29,175 nucleotides of DNA from a candidate division WOR-3 bacterium. Its GTDB lineage: Bacteria; Hydrothermota; Tepidihabitantia; SM23-42; JAOAFX01. The notes under the pieces were generated by a model that worked only from the letters and a program-made list of their open reading frames with translations, did not search any database and had not been told where the DNA came from. Position numbers and translations under genes: made by a program. Location: the NCBI GenBank assembly GCA_037444665.1, contig JBBILZ010000034.1, forward strand, positions 1-29,175, written 5' to 3'. Positions within the stretch are counted from its first letter, which is position 1, and the number at the start of each line of letters is the position of its first letter. Shown here in pieces: positions 9,301-16,318 of this stretch.

Positions 9301-9381
9301 GCAAGGGTAGACTATGAGAAAATAGATGAAATAGCCTCGAAGATACTTAGCCATGCAGAGGTTTTATATGTGGCCGCTTGA
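6316..9381 (+). CDS. hsdR: Type I R-M restriction/translocase subunit
   Basis: RRPDLVVFING...FEFK nuclease motif, WHTQGTGKS, DEAH, GFTATP, MLLTGFD, QAIARVNR; ATGA overlap with hsdS. Confidence 0.97.
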   Translation: MRAQLTEDYMVEQPAINWFKELGYSYIHGSELSPENEKRESYRHVVLKRRFIQAIKRINPWLTDRLAEEVYKKIIELEHPDFVMKGKIFYELLVNGVRLTFRDGKEEKTRIVKIADFDNPEINEFLVANQFTVEYQFEKDMFRRPDLVVFINGMPIAIFEFKNFNADETAKDAFYDHKVKIKGIPQLYVYAQVSVASDGFETKYGAPTSDWEKFFVWEGLLSDDDLEVQEIEEGLYRYFYKGQELTSLEVLIRGLFRKEHFLEFLQDFIFYDRIGETYEKKIAIFHQFYTVKKATERTKKCILEGKGPEERRIGVVWHTQGTGKSLTMLFYARKILKLKELENPLIFFITDRRNLDEQLHSLFSQMPVVKHAESIKELQEIIKTTAGGIVFTTIQKFGKKKTVEYPFLTDRKNIIIIADEAHRSQYRALAQNLRIAIPNASFMGFTATPIELQDRDTYLVFGEPISVYSMDKARRHKVVVPIYYEARLSELHLTNEFIDEEFEEISEFMEPEEKEVLKKKYARLEELILNPERLKKIAEDIVEHFNKRREEIEGKAIVVTISRKVAVRLYEEIIKRPAAPSVAVVISGSRSSDPEEFWKHLKNKHELEELLNNFKNLERDPKMVIVVDMLLTGFDIPCLHTMYFDKPMKDHSLVQAIARVNRVFKDKPGGLIVDYIGIADNLKKSLSRYTIETIKDVLTDINRVINLLKEKYDIVSSIFFGIDYKKWRNLSPEEISKLTTEAYNRISNEENKKNFIKNFLALRKLYALASPHPETIKIKDDIRFFEMIKKMIIKYSTLRIRDISRNMEYEISQLISKSISAEEPIDIFSLLENGKPEISLLDDKFLSQFKDMVYKNYATDLLAKIINDEIKARMKKNPFRYRSLYEMLKNLIENYNVRLITTAEVIDELIEIAKEIMGKQQEGERLDLSEEELAFYDMLASEEKVFENYDEIKEVAKAVVKELGYYAKVADWNKKEQLRAKIKMAVKNLLIKVIDARVDYEKIDEIASKILSHAEVLYVAA

Positions 9382-9521
9382 GAGAATAGAACAGATATGA
9401 AAATTCTAAAGTAGTATAGTGTGTAGATAAAATTCTTGGTTGTTTGTAGTTAATATATTTTTCTCTTTTTACGAATCGGCTATGATGCCCGTTCCCGGGT
9501 TAAATCTTAAAACCTATCACC

Positions 9522-9549
9522 TTGACATAAAGGTTATTTGCATTATAAT
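9522..9549 (+). promoter_or_regulatory. sigma70-type promoter, probably leaderless transcript
   Basis: TTGACA, 16 bp, TATAAT; ATG 9555 lies 5 nt after the -10 with no SD. Confidence 0.75.
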
Positions 9550-9554
9550 TTAAT

Positions 9555-9863
9555 ATGGTGATGATAATTGTCTTTTTATGCACTTATCCCGGTGCAAATA
9601 ATTTTGCACAAGCACAACCTGATTCCAATTTTAAATCCATCCACCAACTTCAGTCAGAAGAATATAAAAAGGATACCATCACTGACACAGTTAGAATCAA
9701 ACCAGCAGAGCAGGATAAAAAAATTCCTGAAGGTGTATTCAACACCAAACAACCAATGCAAACAATCATTAATTTTTCTTTGATGGTTATTTTAATAGTA
9801 GCATTGATAATTTCTCTCTCTATTTTCTTGATTGCAAGGAGAATTTATAGAACAAAAAAGTAG
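9555..9863 (+). CDS. Small hypothetical membrane protein (signal-like N-terminus, C-terminal TM helix with basic tail)
   Basis: Hydrophobic N-terminus ending FAQA; IINFSLMVILIVALIISLSIFLIA followed by RRIYRTKK; directly behind a consensus promoter. Confidence 0.7.
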   Translation: MVMIIVFLCTYPGANNFAQAQPDSNFKSIHQLQSEEYKKDTITDTVRIKPAEQDKKIPEGVFNTKQPMQTIINFSLMVILIVALIISLSIFLIARRIYRTKK

Positions 9864-9876
9864 TCGGAGGTGCGAG

Positions 9877-12102
9877 ATGTTTACAATCATAATTTGTAGT
9901 ATTTGTCTTTTAAACTTCGCAAATTTTACTTCTATCCATGAAGCAGAGTATAGGGCACATATTAACGAAGCAGAATGGATACCAGTATCATCATTAAAAC
10001 TTCCTTATGAACCATTGAAGATTGGCGAAAGGGGAATGTTGAAAAATTTTTATGGCTATCTCCCCTACTGGATTGATACCACATATTATCAGTATTTTCA
10101 AATAGAGTTATTGACCCACATCTCTTATTTTTCTGTTGACATTAATCCTTCAACCGGCGCTTTAGGGAGTATACCAAATGTGTCGCGCTTCTACACAATT
10201 CGTGATTATGCCCATCCACGGGGCGTAAGAATCCATATGACCTTTACTGTATTTGGCAACACCAATGTCACAACTTTTTTAAATAATGCCAGTGCACGGG
10301 CAAATGCAATAAACAATATTGCTGCACTAATGACTAATTATGGCTGTGATGGCGCAAATATAGATTTTGAATTTGTAACAAGTGCAGTGCGGGATAGCTT
10401 TAACCGATTCATAAATGACCTTGCCAGTGCCTTATGGAATCATTCAGGTGGAAGAAAAGAATTATATCTTGCCACCCCGGCAGTTCCTGAATGGTATCCT
10501 GGTTATGATTTTGCCTATCTTGCTGCACATTCAGATGGACTTTTTATTATGGCTTATGACTTCCACTACAGCGGTTCAAGTATTGCTGGACCAGTATCGC
10601 CCTGTGTGCCTTCTTCATTCTGGGGGCAATATTGTGTAGCAAAATCAATTGGCAGTTATAAAGTTTATGGTGCACCCGGTTCAAAAATCATTGTCGGTCT
10701 CCCCTATTATGGATATGACTGGCCCACAACTTCAGGTGATATGGGGAGTTCTACAACTGGCACAGGTTCTGCAGTGATTTATTATTATGCATTTCAGAAT
10801 GCGATTTCCTATGGAAGGCTCTGGGATAATTATTCACAAACACCGTGGTATAGATACTACACAACCAGCTGGCATCAGTGCTGGTATGATGATTCAGTAT
10901 CGCTTGATATAAAATTTGGCATGGCTAATGATTCTATACTCCAGGGTGCGGGTTGCTGGGCACTCGGCTATGACCGCAATTATGACCATATCTGGAATGC
11001 AATAAGAAGAAGATTCTGGATTGAACCGCCTGGGCGGCACTGGACTGTACAGGTAAATATAGATAGTTTGAATGTGCGCGATGGTCCAGGCACAAATTAT
11101 CGTATCATCACTGAAGCAAGGCTCGGCACAAAATTTGTATCATTTGACTATTACTACAGCCAGGGAGTGAACTGGTATAAAGTCTATTTCCCCTCAGCAG
11201 GTGGTCCATACTATGCCTGGATGTCGGGCGGTGATGGCACAAATCTACAATATATGAAAGGCACAACCCGTAATACAATCTTAAGAATAAATAGCAGTTT
11301 ATTGAATGTGCGTGAAGGTCCTGGCTCATCATATCCTATTATTACTCAAGTTGCCAATGGTCAGGTATTTGTTGCCGATTCTTTCAGTGGTGATTGGGCA
11401 AGAATCTATCTTCAGTTTACAAATCAGCCCAGAGGTTGGGTCTATGTTCCCAGTACTGTTGCAATTAATAATCCTGAAGATTACAATATTTATAATTGCA
11501 GTGTTCAGAATCTCACTTATCCATCAACTGTCAATTCTTCAGATACATTTACTGTTACTATGCAATTGCAAAATACTGGTTATGGTCCTTTTGATACACT
11601 CGTTTATCTAAAAGGCACAGGAAGGAGTCCATTTTATAATTCACAAACCTGGAAAGATACAACAAGGGCAAAAATTTCTGGTTTCTGGGGACTACCAGGC
11701 CATATATTTTATAATTATGCTTGCTTCAAGGCTCCTCAGGTCCCAAATCAAACTACGATTGCAGATACATTCAGGTTTGAGCGGAATCAAACACTCTTTG
11801 GACCGCAGATAATCATCAGCGTCACAGTGAACCCTGTAGGAATAGAAGAATTTAGAAAATCTACTGGTTGTTTTGTCATTAAAAATAATATCTTTAGAAA
11901 TTCTATCAAGCTTGATTTATCAAGTATTAATACTGAGTGTGAAATCTCTGTCTATGATGTTCTCGGTTCAAGGGTAATCTATAAAAAAATAAACAAAGAT
12001 AAAGAAATCTATCTTGGAGAAAACTTAAAAAATGGTGTATATTTTCTTGTAATAAAGGTTGATAACCGAATAATAAAAAATAAGATAATAAAAATAAACT
12101 AA
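9877..12102 (+). CDS. Secreted GH18 glycoside hydrolase with two SH3b domains and a T9SS type A-like C-terminal domain
   Basis: SD GGAGGTG then ATG 9877; GYLPYW, DGANIDFE, IMAYDF, GLPYYG, WALGYD (GH18); two LNVR(D/E)GPG..Y.II repeats (SH3b); GIEE...VYDVLG...GVYFL...KIIKIN tail. Confidence 0.88.
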   Translation: MFTIIICSICLLNFANFTSIHEAEYRAHINEAEWIPVSSLKLPYEPLKIGERGMLKNFYGYLPYWIDTTYYQYFQIELLTHISYFSVDINPSTGALGSIPNVSRFYTIRDYAHPRGVRIHMTFTVFGNTNVTTFLNNASARANAINNIAALMTNYGCDGANIDFEFVTSAVRDSFNRFINDLASALWNHSGGRKELYLATPAVPEWYPGYDFAYLAAHSDGLFIMAYDFHYSGSSIAGPVSPCVPSSFWGQYCVAKSIGSYKVYGAPGSKIIVGLPYYGYDWPTTSGDMGSSTTGTGSAVIYYYAFQNAISYGRLWDNYSQTPWYRYYTTSWHQCWYDDSVSLDIKFGMANDSILQGAGCWALGYDRNYDHIWNAIRRRFWIEPPGRHWTVQVNIDSLNVRDGPGTNYRIITEARLGTKFVSFDYYYSQGVNWYKVYFPSAGGPYYAWMSGGDGTNLQYMKGTTRNTILRINSSLLNVREGPGSSYPIITQVANGQVFVADSFSGDWARIYLQFTNQPRGWVYVPSTVAINNPEDYNIYNCSVQNLTYPSTVNSSDTFTVTMQLQNTGYGPFDTLVYLKGTGRSPFYNSQTWKDTTRAKISGFWGLPGHIFYNYACFKAPQVPNQTTIADTFRFERNQTLFGPQIIISVTVNPVGIEEFRKSTGCFVIKNNIFRNSIKLDLSSINTECEISVYDVLGSRVIYKKINKDKEIYLGENLKNGVYFLVIKVDNRIIKNKIIKIN

Positions 12103-12938
12103 TATAGAGAGAGCACACCTTTTTTTCTGCCATACCGGTCCATCAGTAAAAATATTCCCAGACCAAAACATATCCAGATAACCAGCATTATTGATAATCG
12201 TAAGAATATTGCGGGAACACTTATTGTAAGATTTTCACCAATCAGAAAATGCCTTACCCCCATTACGCCATAAGTCGTGGGCAGAATTAAAGCAATTTTC
12301 TGTAGAAAGACCGGCAGTATTGCGAGCGGATAGGCAATGGGGGTAATGATGTTTATCAAAGTTGATACTGTCTCGCTAATGACCCACCACTGTTTCAAGC
12401 CAATGGTCAATCCGGCAACAAGGATACCCAAACCATAGAGTGTAGTAATCATAAGAAGGAGTAGTATTAAACTGATAAAGATACCACCAAGATTAAAAAA
12501 TATTTTAAAGAAAAAAACGATGACCATTGCCTCAATGAACATAATCAAACCCTGGTGTAGTGTTGAATGCAATGCCATTCCTGCAACATAGACCCAGCGT
12601 GGAACCGGAGCAATGAATATTGTCTCAAGTGTTCCATACCACTGTTCTTTTCTCAATGATGCACCCATTGCCCAGCAGGCAGTATTCAAAAATCCCATAA
12701 GTAGATAACCAACAAATGTATAGGCAAAGATGTCACTGATACCAGTAATTGATTTCAGGTGTTCAGAATCGCGTGCACCTAACAGGGCAAAACCATATAA
12801 AAAGTATGGAAAAAGATAGACAAATGGTTCAAAGAACTGCCTGATAAAGTCAGGTTTATATTTTAGTTCAATCTTCCATTCTTTGATATTCTCAGCGTTG
12901 ATTGCCCTTAAATAATGTGCTATTCTTGATATTATCAT
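12099..12938 (-). CDS. ABC-2 type exporter permease
   Basis: About six hydrophobic segments, EQWYGTLE.IF.AP motif, YP...LP..LQ.IA..LP.TY. Confidence 0.9.
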   Translation of the reverse strand: MIISRIAHYLRAINAENIKEWKIELKYKPDFIRQFFEPFVYLFPYFLYGFALLGARDSEHLKSITGISDIFAYTFVGYLLMGFLNTACWAMGASLRKEQWYGTLETIFIAPVPRWVYVAGMALHSTLHQGLIMFIEAMVIVFFFKIFFNLGGIFISLILLLLMITTLYGLGILVAGLTIGLKQWWVISETVSTLINIITPIAYPLAILPVFLQKIALILPTTYGVMGVRHFLIGENLTISVPAIFLRLSIMLVIWICFGLGIFLLMDRYGRKKGVLSLY

Positions 12939-12943
12939 ATTTT

Positions 12944-13747
12944 TTAATATTCGGATAGAGTGCCTTTTAATTTTGTATGCATTTCAACCCAGTGAAATAT
13001 ATACAAGCCAAGGGGTATGATGACCAGGTCTATTCCCAACAGAATCAAACTGTTTTTCCAGAAGTCAAATTGAATGTTCAGCAAGAGTCCACGTAAGGCA
13101 ATGAGTGCATAGGTCAGTGGAATAAATATGCTGATGGTGCGTGTAATGGGATTTATCTCTACAGGATAACGGATAGGTGAAAATAAAAAGAGCACATATT
13201 CAAATAAGTGTAAAAGGCCATGAGCCTCTTTTACGAGCAGGGTTAAACCTGCCGCAGCAAATCCAATACCATATAGCCCTGCAATTAATAAAACCAAGAA
13301 AAATAAGATTGGAAGAATTTTGTAGAATGTAAACTGCAAACCAAAAATCAAAATACAGATCAAAAGCTGGATTATCACATAGATTGTTGAAAGCATGGAA
13401 TTGAATAATGCCTTACCGAGCAAAATTTGAACAGGTTTCACTGGCGCAGAAAGAATATGTTCAAGTGTGCCGTAATATGTTTCATCTCGTAGCGAAAAAC
13501 CCATACTCCAGACCGATGACGCCATATAAGTGCTTATAATTGCACCAATCAAAACATAAGGGATAAATTCTTCAGTGCCAGCAATATTACCAAATGCAGT
13601 GCTGCGCAGTCCACCAATGATTGCCTTGCCTTGAAATACTAATGGCACAGCCCACAATAAAGGAGAAATAATCCAGAAAATAATCTCCACTGGATATGCA
13701 AGGAGTATCTTAAAACTCTTTTTTATTTCAGCAATGATAACATTCAT
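12944..13747 (-). CDS. ABC-2 type exporter permease (paralogue)
   Basis: ETYYGTLEHILSAP, PIRYP, IPLTY; multiple TM segments. Confidence 0.9.
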   Translation of the reverse strand: MNVIIAEIKKSFKILLAYPVEIIFWIISPLLWAVPLVFQGKAIIGGLRSTAFGNIAGTEEFIPYVLIGAIISTYMASSVWSMGFSLRDETYYGTLEHILSAPVKPVQILLGKALFNSMLSTIYVIIQLLICILIFGLQFTFYKILPILFFLVLLIAGLYGIGFAAAGLTLLVKEAHGLLHLFEYVLFLFSPIRYPVEINPITRTISIFIPLTYALIALRGLLLNIQFDFWKNSLILLGIDLVIIPLGLYIFHWVEMHTKLKGTLSEY

Positions 13748-13778
13748 TTATACCGCCATCGTAAGTGATTAAATATTT

Positions 13779-13800
13779 GCCGAGTAAACTCGGCCACAAC
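13779..13800 (-). repeat. GTAG-type REP variant
   Basis: Minus strand GTTGTG-GCCGAG-TTTA-CTCGGC, same 22-nt layout as the copies at 15555, 27309 and 27559. Confidence 0.55.
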
Positions 13801-13805
13801 TGTTG

Positions 13806-14780
13806 TTATTCATCTTGGGTATCCTTTAGGCTCGCACCGGTCAGATAGACAAATACATCTTCCAGGGTCGGTGATGTTACATTCACAGAAAGGACCTTTG
13901 CCTTATCCCTTATTGCATCAACCAATCTGCTCAAAAGTGATTCAGGATTACCAGTATTAATCCGAATATACACATAGCCATCTTTTTTTAGAATATTTAA
14001 TCCAGATGCTTCTAGTAATTCTGCAAAACTATTTTTATTCAGGTCGCCAAGGCACTTCAATTCAAGGACCTGCTCCTGGGGCATACCTTTTTTCAATGCA
14101 GTCGGCGTATCAAGTGCTTTAATTTTGCCACGATTCATAAATGCTACCCTATCACATAATTCATCTGCCTCATCCATATAATGGGTCGTCAATAATATTG
14201 TCTTTTTTAATTTGTGTGAAAGTTCTTCTTTTACAAACTGCCTGATAAAACGGGCAAAGTATGGGTCTAATCCCAGTGTAGGCTCATCAATCAAAAGGAT
14301 TGGTGGGTCATGAATTAAGGCACGGGCAATGGCAAGTTTCTGCTTCATACCACTGGAAAACTTCTCCACATTCTCATTGGCACGGTCTTTTAAACCCATC
14401 AGTTCCAGTAAAAAATCAACCCTTTGATTTACCTGTTTTCTGGGCACGCCATATAGCGCAGCAAAATATTTAAGGTTGTCCATTGCACTCAATTTCCAAT
14501 ATAATGTCCTTTCACCACCAGTGAGCACACCAATCTTTTTTCTTACGCTGATCGGCTCTTTAAGCACATCATTCCCACCGACTATTGCAGTGCCCATATC
14601 CGGTATTAAAAGGGTAGAGATACACTTAATAAGTGTGGTCTTACCCGCACCATTAGGACCCAGTAATCCGAATAACTCTCCTTCTCTTATCTCAAAACTC
14701 ACACTATCAACTGCACGGACCTCAGTATGGTGCTTCTTAAAGACCTTGACCAATTCTTTTATGATAATATCATTCGCCAT
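13806..14780 (-). CDS. ABC exporter ATP-binding subunit (DrrA-like)
   Basis: GPNGAGKT, FSSGMKQ, LLIDEPT, TTHYMDEA, C-terminal PTLEDVF. Confidence 0.95.
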   Translation of the reverse strand: MANDIIIKELVKVFKKHHTEVRAVDSVSFEIREGELFGLLGPNGAGKTTLIKCISTLLIPDMGTAIVGGNDVLKEPISVRKKIGVLTGGERTLYWKLSAMDNLKYFAALYGVPRKQVNQRVDFLLELMGLKDRANENVEKFSSGMKQKLAIARALIHDPPILLIDEPTLGLDPYFARFIRQFVKEELSHKLKKTILLTTHYMDEADELCDRVAFMNRGKIKALDTPTALKKGMPQEQVLELKCLGDLNKNSFAELLEASGLNILKKDGYVYIRINTGNPESLLSRLVDAIRDKAKVLSVNVTSPTLEDVFVYLTGASLKDTQDE

Positions 14781-14786
14781 CAGATA

Positions 14787-14815
14787 ATAATATCCAGAAT
14801 ATAGAACATAATCAA
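14787..14815 (-). promoter_or_regulatory. sigma70-type promoter of the ABC operon, probably leaderless
   Basis: TTGATT (14815-14810), 17 bp, TATTAT (14792-14787), 6 nt, ATG 14780; no SD. Confidence 0.6.
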
Positions 14816-14911
14816 GTACTTTAAAGTTTCCACACTTTTAGTGTATGCCAGGGTTTCTTAAATTTTCTCAGGAATTCCTTCCTTTTATTTTTTCCCCTTC
14901 TATTAGTAATT

Positions 14912-14952
14912 TTCCATTATTCCATTATTAAATAATAATGGAATAATAAAAT
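14912..14952. promoter_or_regulatory. Palindromic operator-like site, copy 1
   Basis: Perfect 15-2-15 inverted repeat ATTATTCCATTATTA-AA-TAATAATGGAATAAT (14916-14947); 36/41 identical to 15300-15340. Confidence 0.7.
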
Positions 14953-14962
14953 AATTTAATAA

Positions 14963-15280
14963 TCAAAAATCTTTTTCCAATCGGCGGGAAATACGCGTAA
15001 CAAGTGAATCGCAGGATTTAAAAATTCTTTTTACTTCTTCGGGATACTTCACCCAGTATAGGGTTTTTTTACCTTTCCTTTCATATCTGACGATATTTGC
15101 CAGACGGAGTTTAGTCAACTGAAAACATACCGCTGCTTTAGACCTCTGTACCTGTGAAGAGATTTCCTCAAGGCTCATCCGCCCCTTCTCTAACAATAGT
15201 TTGACTATGCCGTAAGAAATTGGGTAACCTAAAACCCGACAGATTATTGAACCCCTAAATTTCTTCTCAACTATTCTCAT
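14963..15280 (-). CDS. ArsR/SmtB-like winged HTH regulator
   Basis: CRVLGYP.....VKLL, SKAAVCFQLTKLR.ANIV...R.GK...Y pattern. SD GGAGG favours ATG 15280 over 15292. Confidence 0.82.
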   Translation of the reverse strand: MRIVEKKFRGSIICRVLGYPISYGIVKLLLEKGRMSLEEISSQVQRSKAAVCFQLTKLRLANIVRYERKGKKTLYWVKYPEEVKRIFKSCDSLVTRISRRLEKDF

Positions 15281-15299
15281 TTTTACCTCCATCTCATAA

Positions 15300-15343
15300 T
15301 TCCATTATTTTATTATTATATAATAATGAAATGATAAAATCAA
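15300..15343 (-). promoter_or_regulatory. ArsR-like gene promoter overlapped by palindromic site copy 2
   Basis: TTGATT (15343-15338), 17 bp, TATAAT (15320-15315), embedded in the 41-bp repeat. Confidence 0.7.
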
Positions 15344-15413
15344 GGGCTTTATACACAGAAACTTGGGCACATCTTTTTATCTACTGATTTCAGTATAATT
15401 GTTTTGACAAAAC

Positions 15414-15456
15414 GAGATGCTTCGCCAGCCAAGTAGAGTAGCAGGCTCAAGATGAA
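15414..15456 (-). repeat. Degenerate REP-like unit related to 1717-1741
   Basis: Minus strand TCATCTTGAGC...GCGAAGCATCT versus TCACCCTGAGC...GCGAAGGGTCT. Confidence 0.4.
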
Positions 15457-15554
15457 TTAATGCCGAAACCAACACTAATGAAATTTTCTATCTATTTATT
15501 TAAAAAATATAAACAGTAACAAAATGACACGAAACGTTACCTAAATATCTTGTA

Positions 15555-15576
15555 GCCCAATGAATTGGGCAACTAC
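15555..15576 (-). repeat. GTAG-type REP
   Basis: Minus strand GTAGTT-GCCCAA-TTCA-TTGGGC. Confidence 0.75.
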
Positions 15577-15634
15577 AAATTGTGCAATAAATTGCAGCGC
15601 AAATGAAGATGTGTCCAGGTCTCTGACATACCCC

Positions 15635-15662
15635 TTGACTCACAATCTGAATAGAGTAAAAT
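15635..15662 (+). promoter_or_regulatory. sigma70-type promoter, probably leaderless or very short leader
   Basis: TTGACT, 16 bp, TAAAAT; ATG 15671 lies 8 nt downstream with no SD. Confidence 0.65.
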
Positions 15663-15670
15663 ACAAATCT

Positions 15671-16318
15671 ATGAATACGCAAATCACAAAACCAAAGATT
15701 AAGGCGGTCTTCTTTGACCTTGATGGGGTGCTCGTTGATACATATAAGGTATGGTTTCGGTTGTTTAACAGAACATTAAAACATTTTGGCTACAAACCAA
15801 TAACCTTAAAAGTTTTTGCAGAAAACTGGGGCCAGAGCACTGAAGAGGATGTGCGGATTTTTATGCCCGAAATTAAATTAAAAGATGTCAAAAGATATTT
15901 TTCTATAAATTTCTCAAAATTTATGAAATATATGAAGGTGAACCCAGAGGCAAAAGAAGTTTTAAAAAAATTAAAAAAAATGGGTTTGAGAATTGGTTGT
16001 GTAACAAATTCTCACCGTGATATAACTAAACTGGAAATTGAAAATTCAGGATTGAAAAATTTTTTTGATATTGTCATAACCGCAGATGATGTAAAAAAAC
16101 CGAAACCTGCACCAGATATGCTTATCAAGGTAATTAAAAACTTGAAGGTCAAACCCGATGAGGTGATATTTGTCGGTGATACAAAAACTGATTTAATCGC
16201 TGGGAAAAATACAGGATGCATTGTTGTTGGTTATAAAATTAAAAGTAGATTTAGGGTTAGTAGTCTCAAACAGCTCTTTGCAATATTAAAGAATTTTGAG
16301 ACAAAGGAGAAAGAATGA
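15671..16318 (+). CDS. HAD superfamily phosphatase (Gph/PpaX-like)
   Basis: FFDLDGVLVD motif I, VTN, KPKPAP, FVGDT..D. The start is moved to 15671 because the longer ORF spans a REP and the promoter. Confidence 0.92.
   Translation: MNTQITKPKIKAVFFDLDGVLVDTYKVWFRLFNRTLKHFGYKPITLKVFAENWGQSTEEDVRIFMPEIKLKDVKRYFSINFSKFMKYMKVNPEAKEVLKKLKKMGLRIGCVTNSHRDITKLEIENSGLKNFFDIVITADDVKKPKPAPDMLIKVIKNLKVKPDEVIFVGDTKTDLIAGKNTGCIVVGYKIKSRFRVSSLKQLFAILKNFETKEKE

Noticed and set aside
15560..15670. N-terminal extensions of track ORFs (HAD 15560; also 5033, 9832, 25434)
   Set aside because: They overlap promoters, REPs or upstream genes; downstream ATGs fit SD or promoter position and domain boundaries better.
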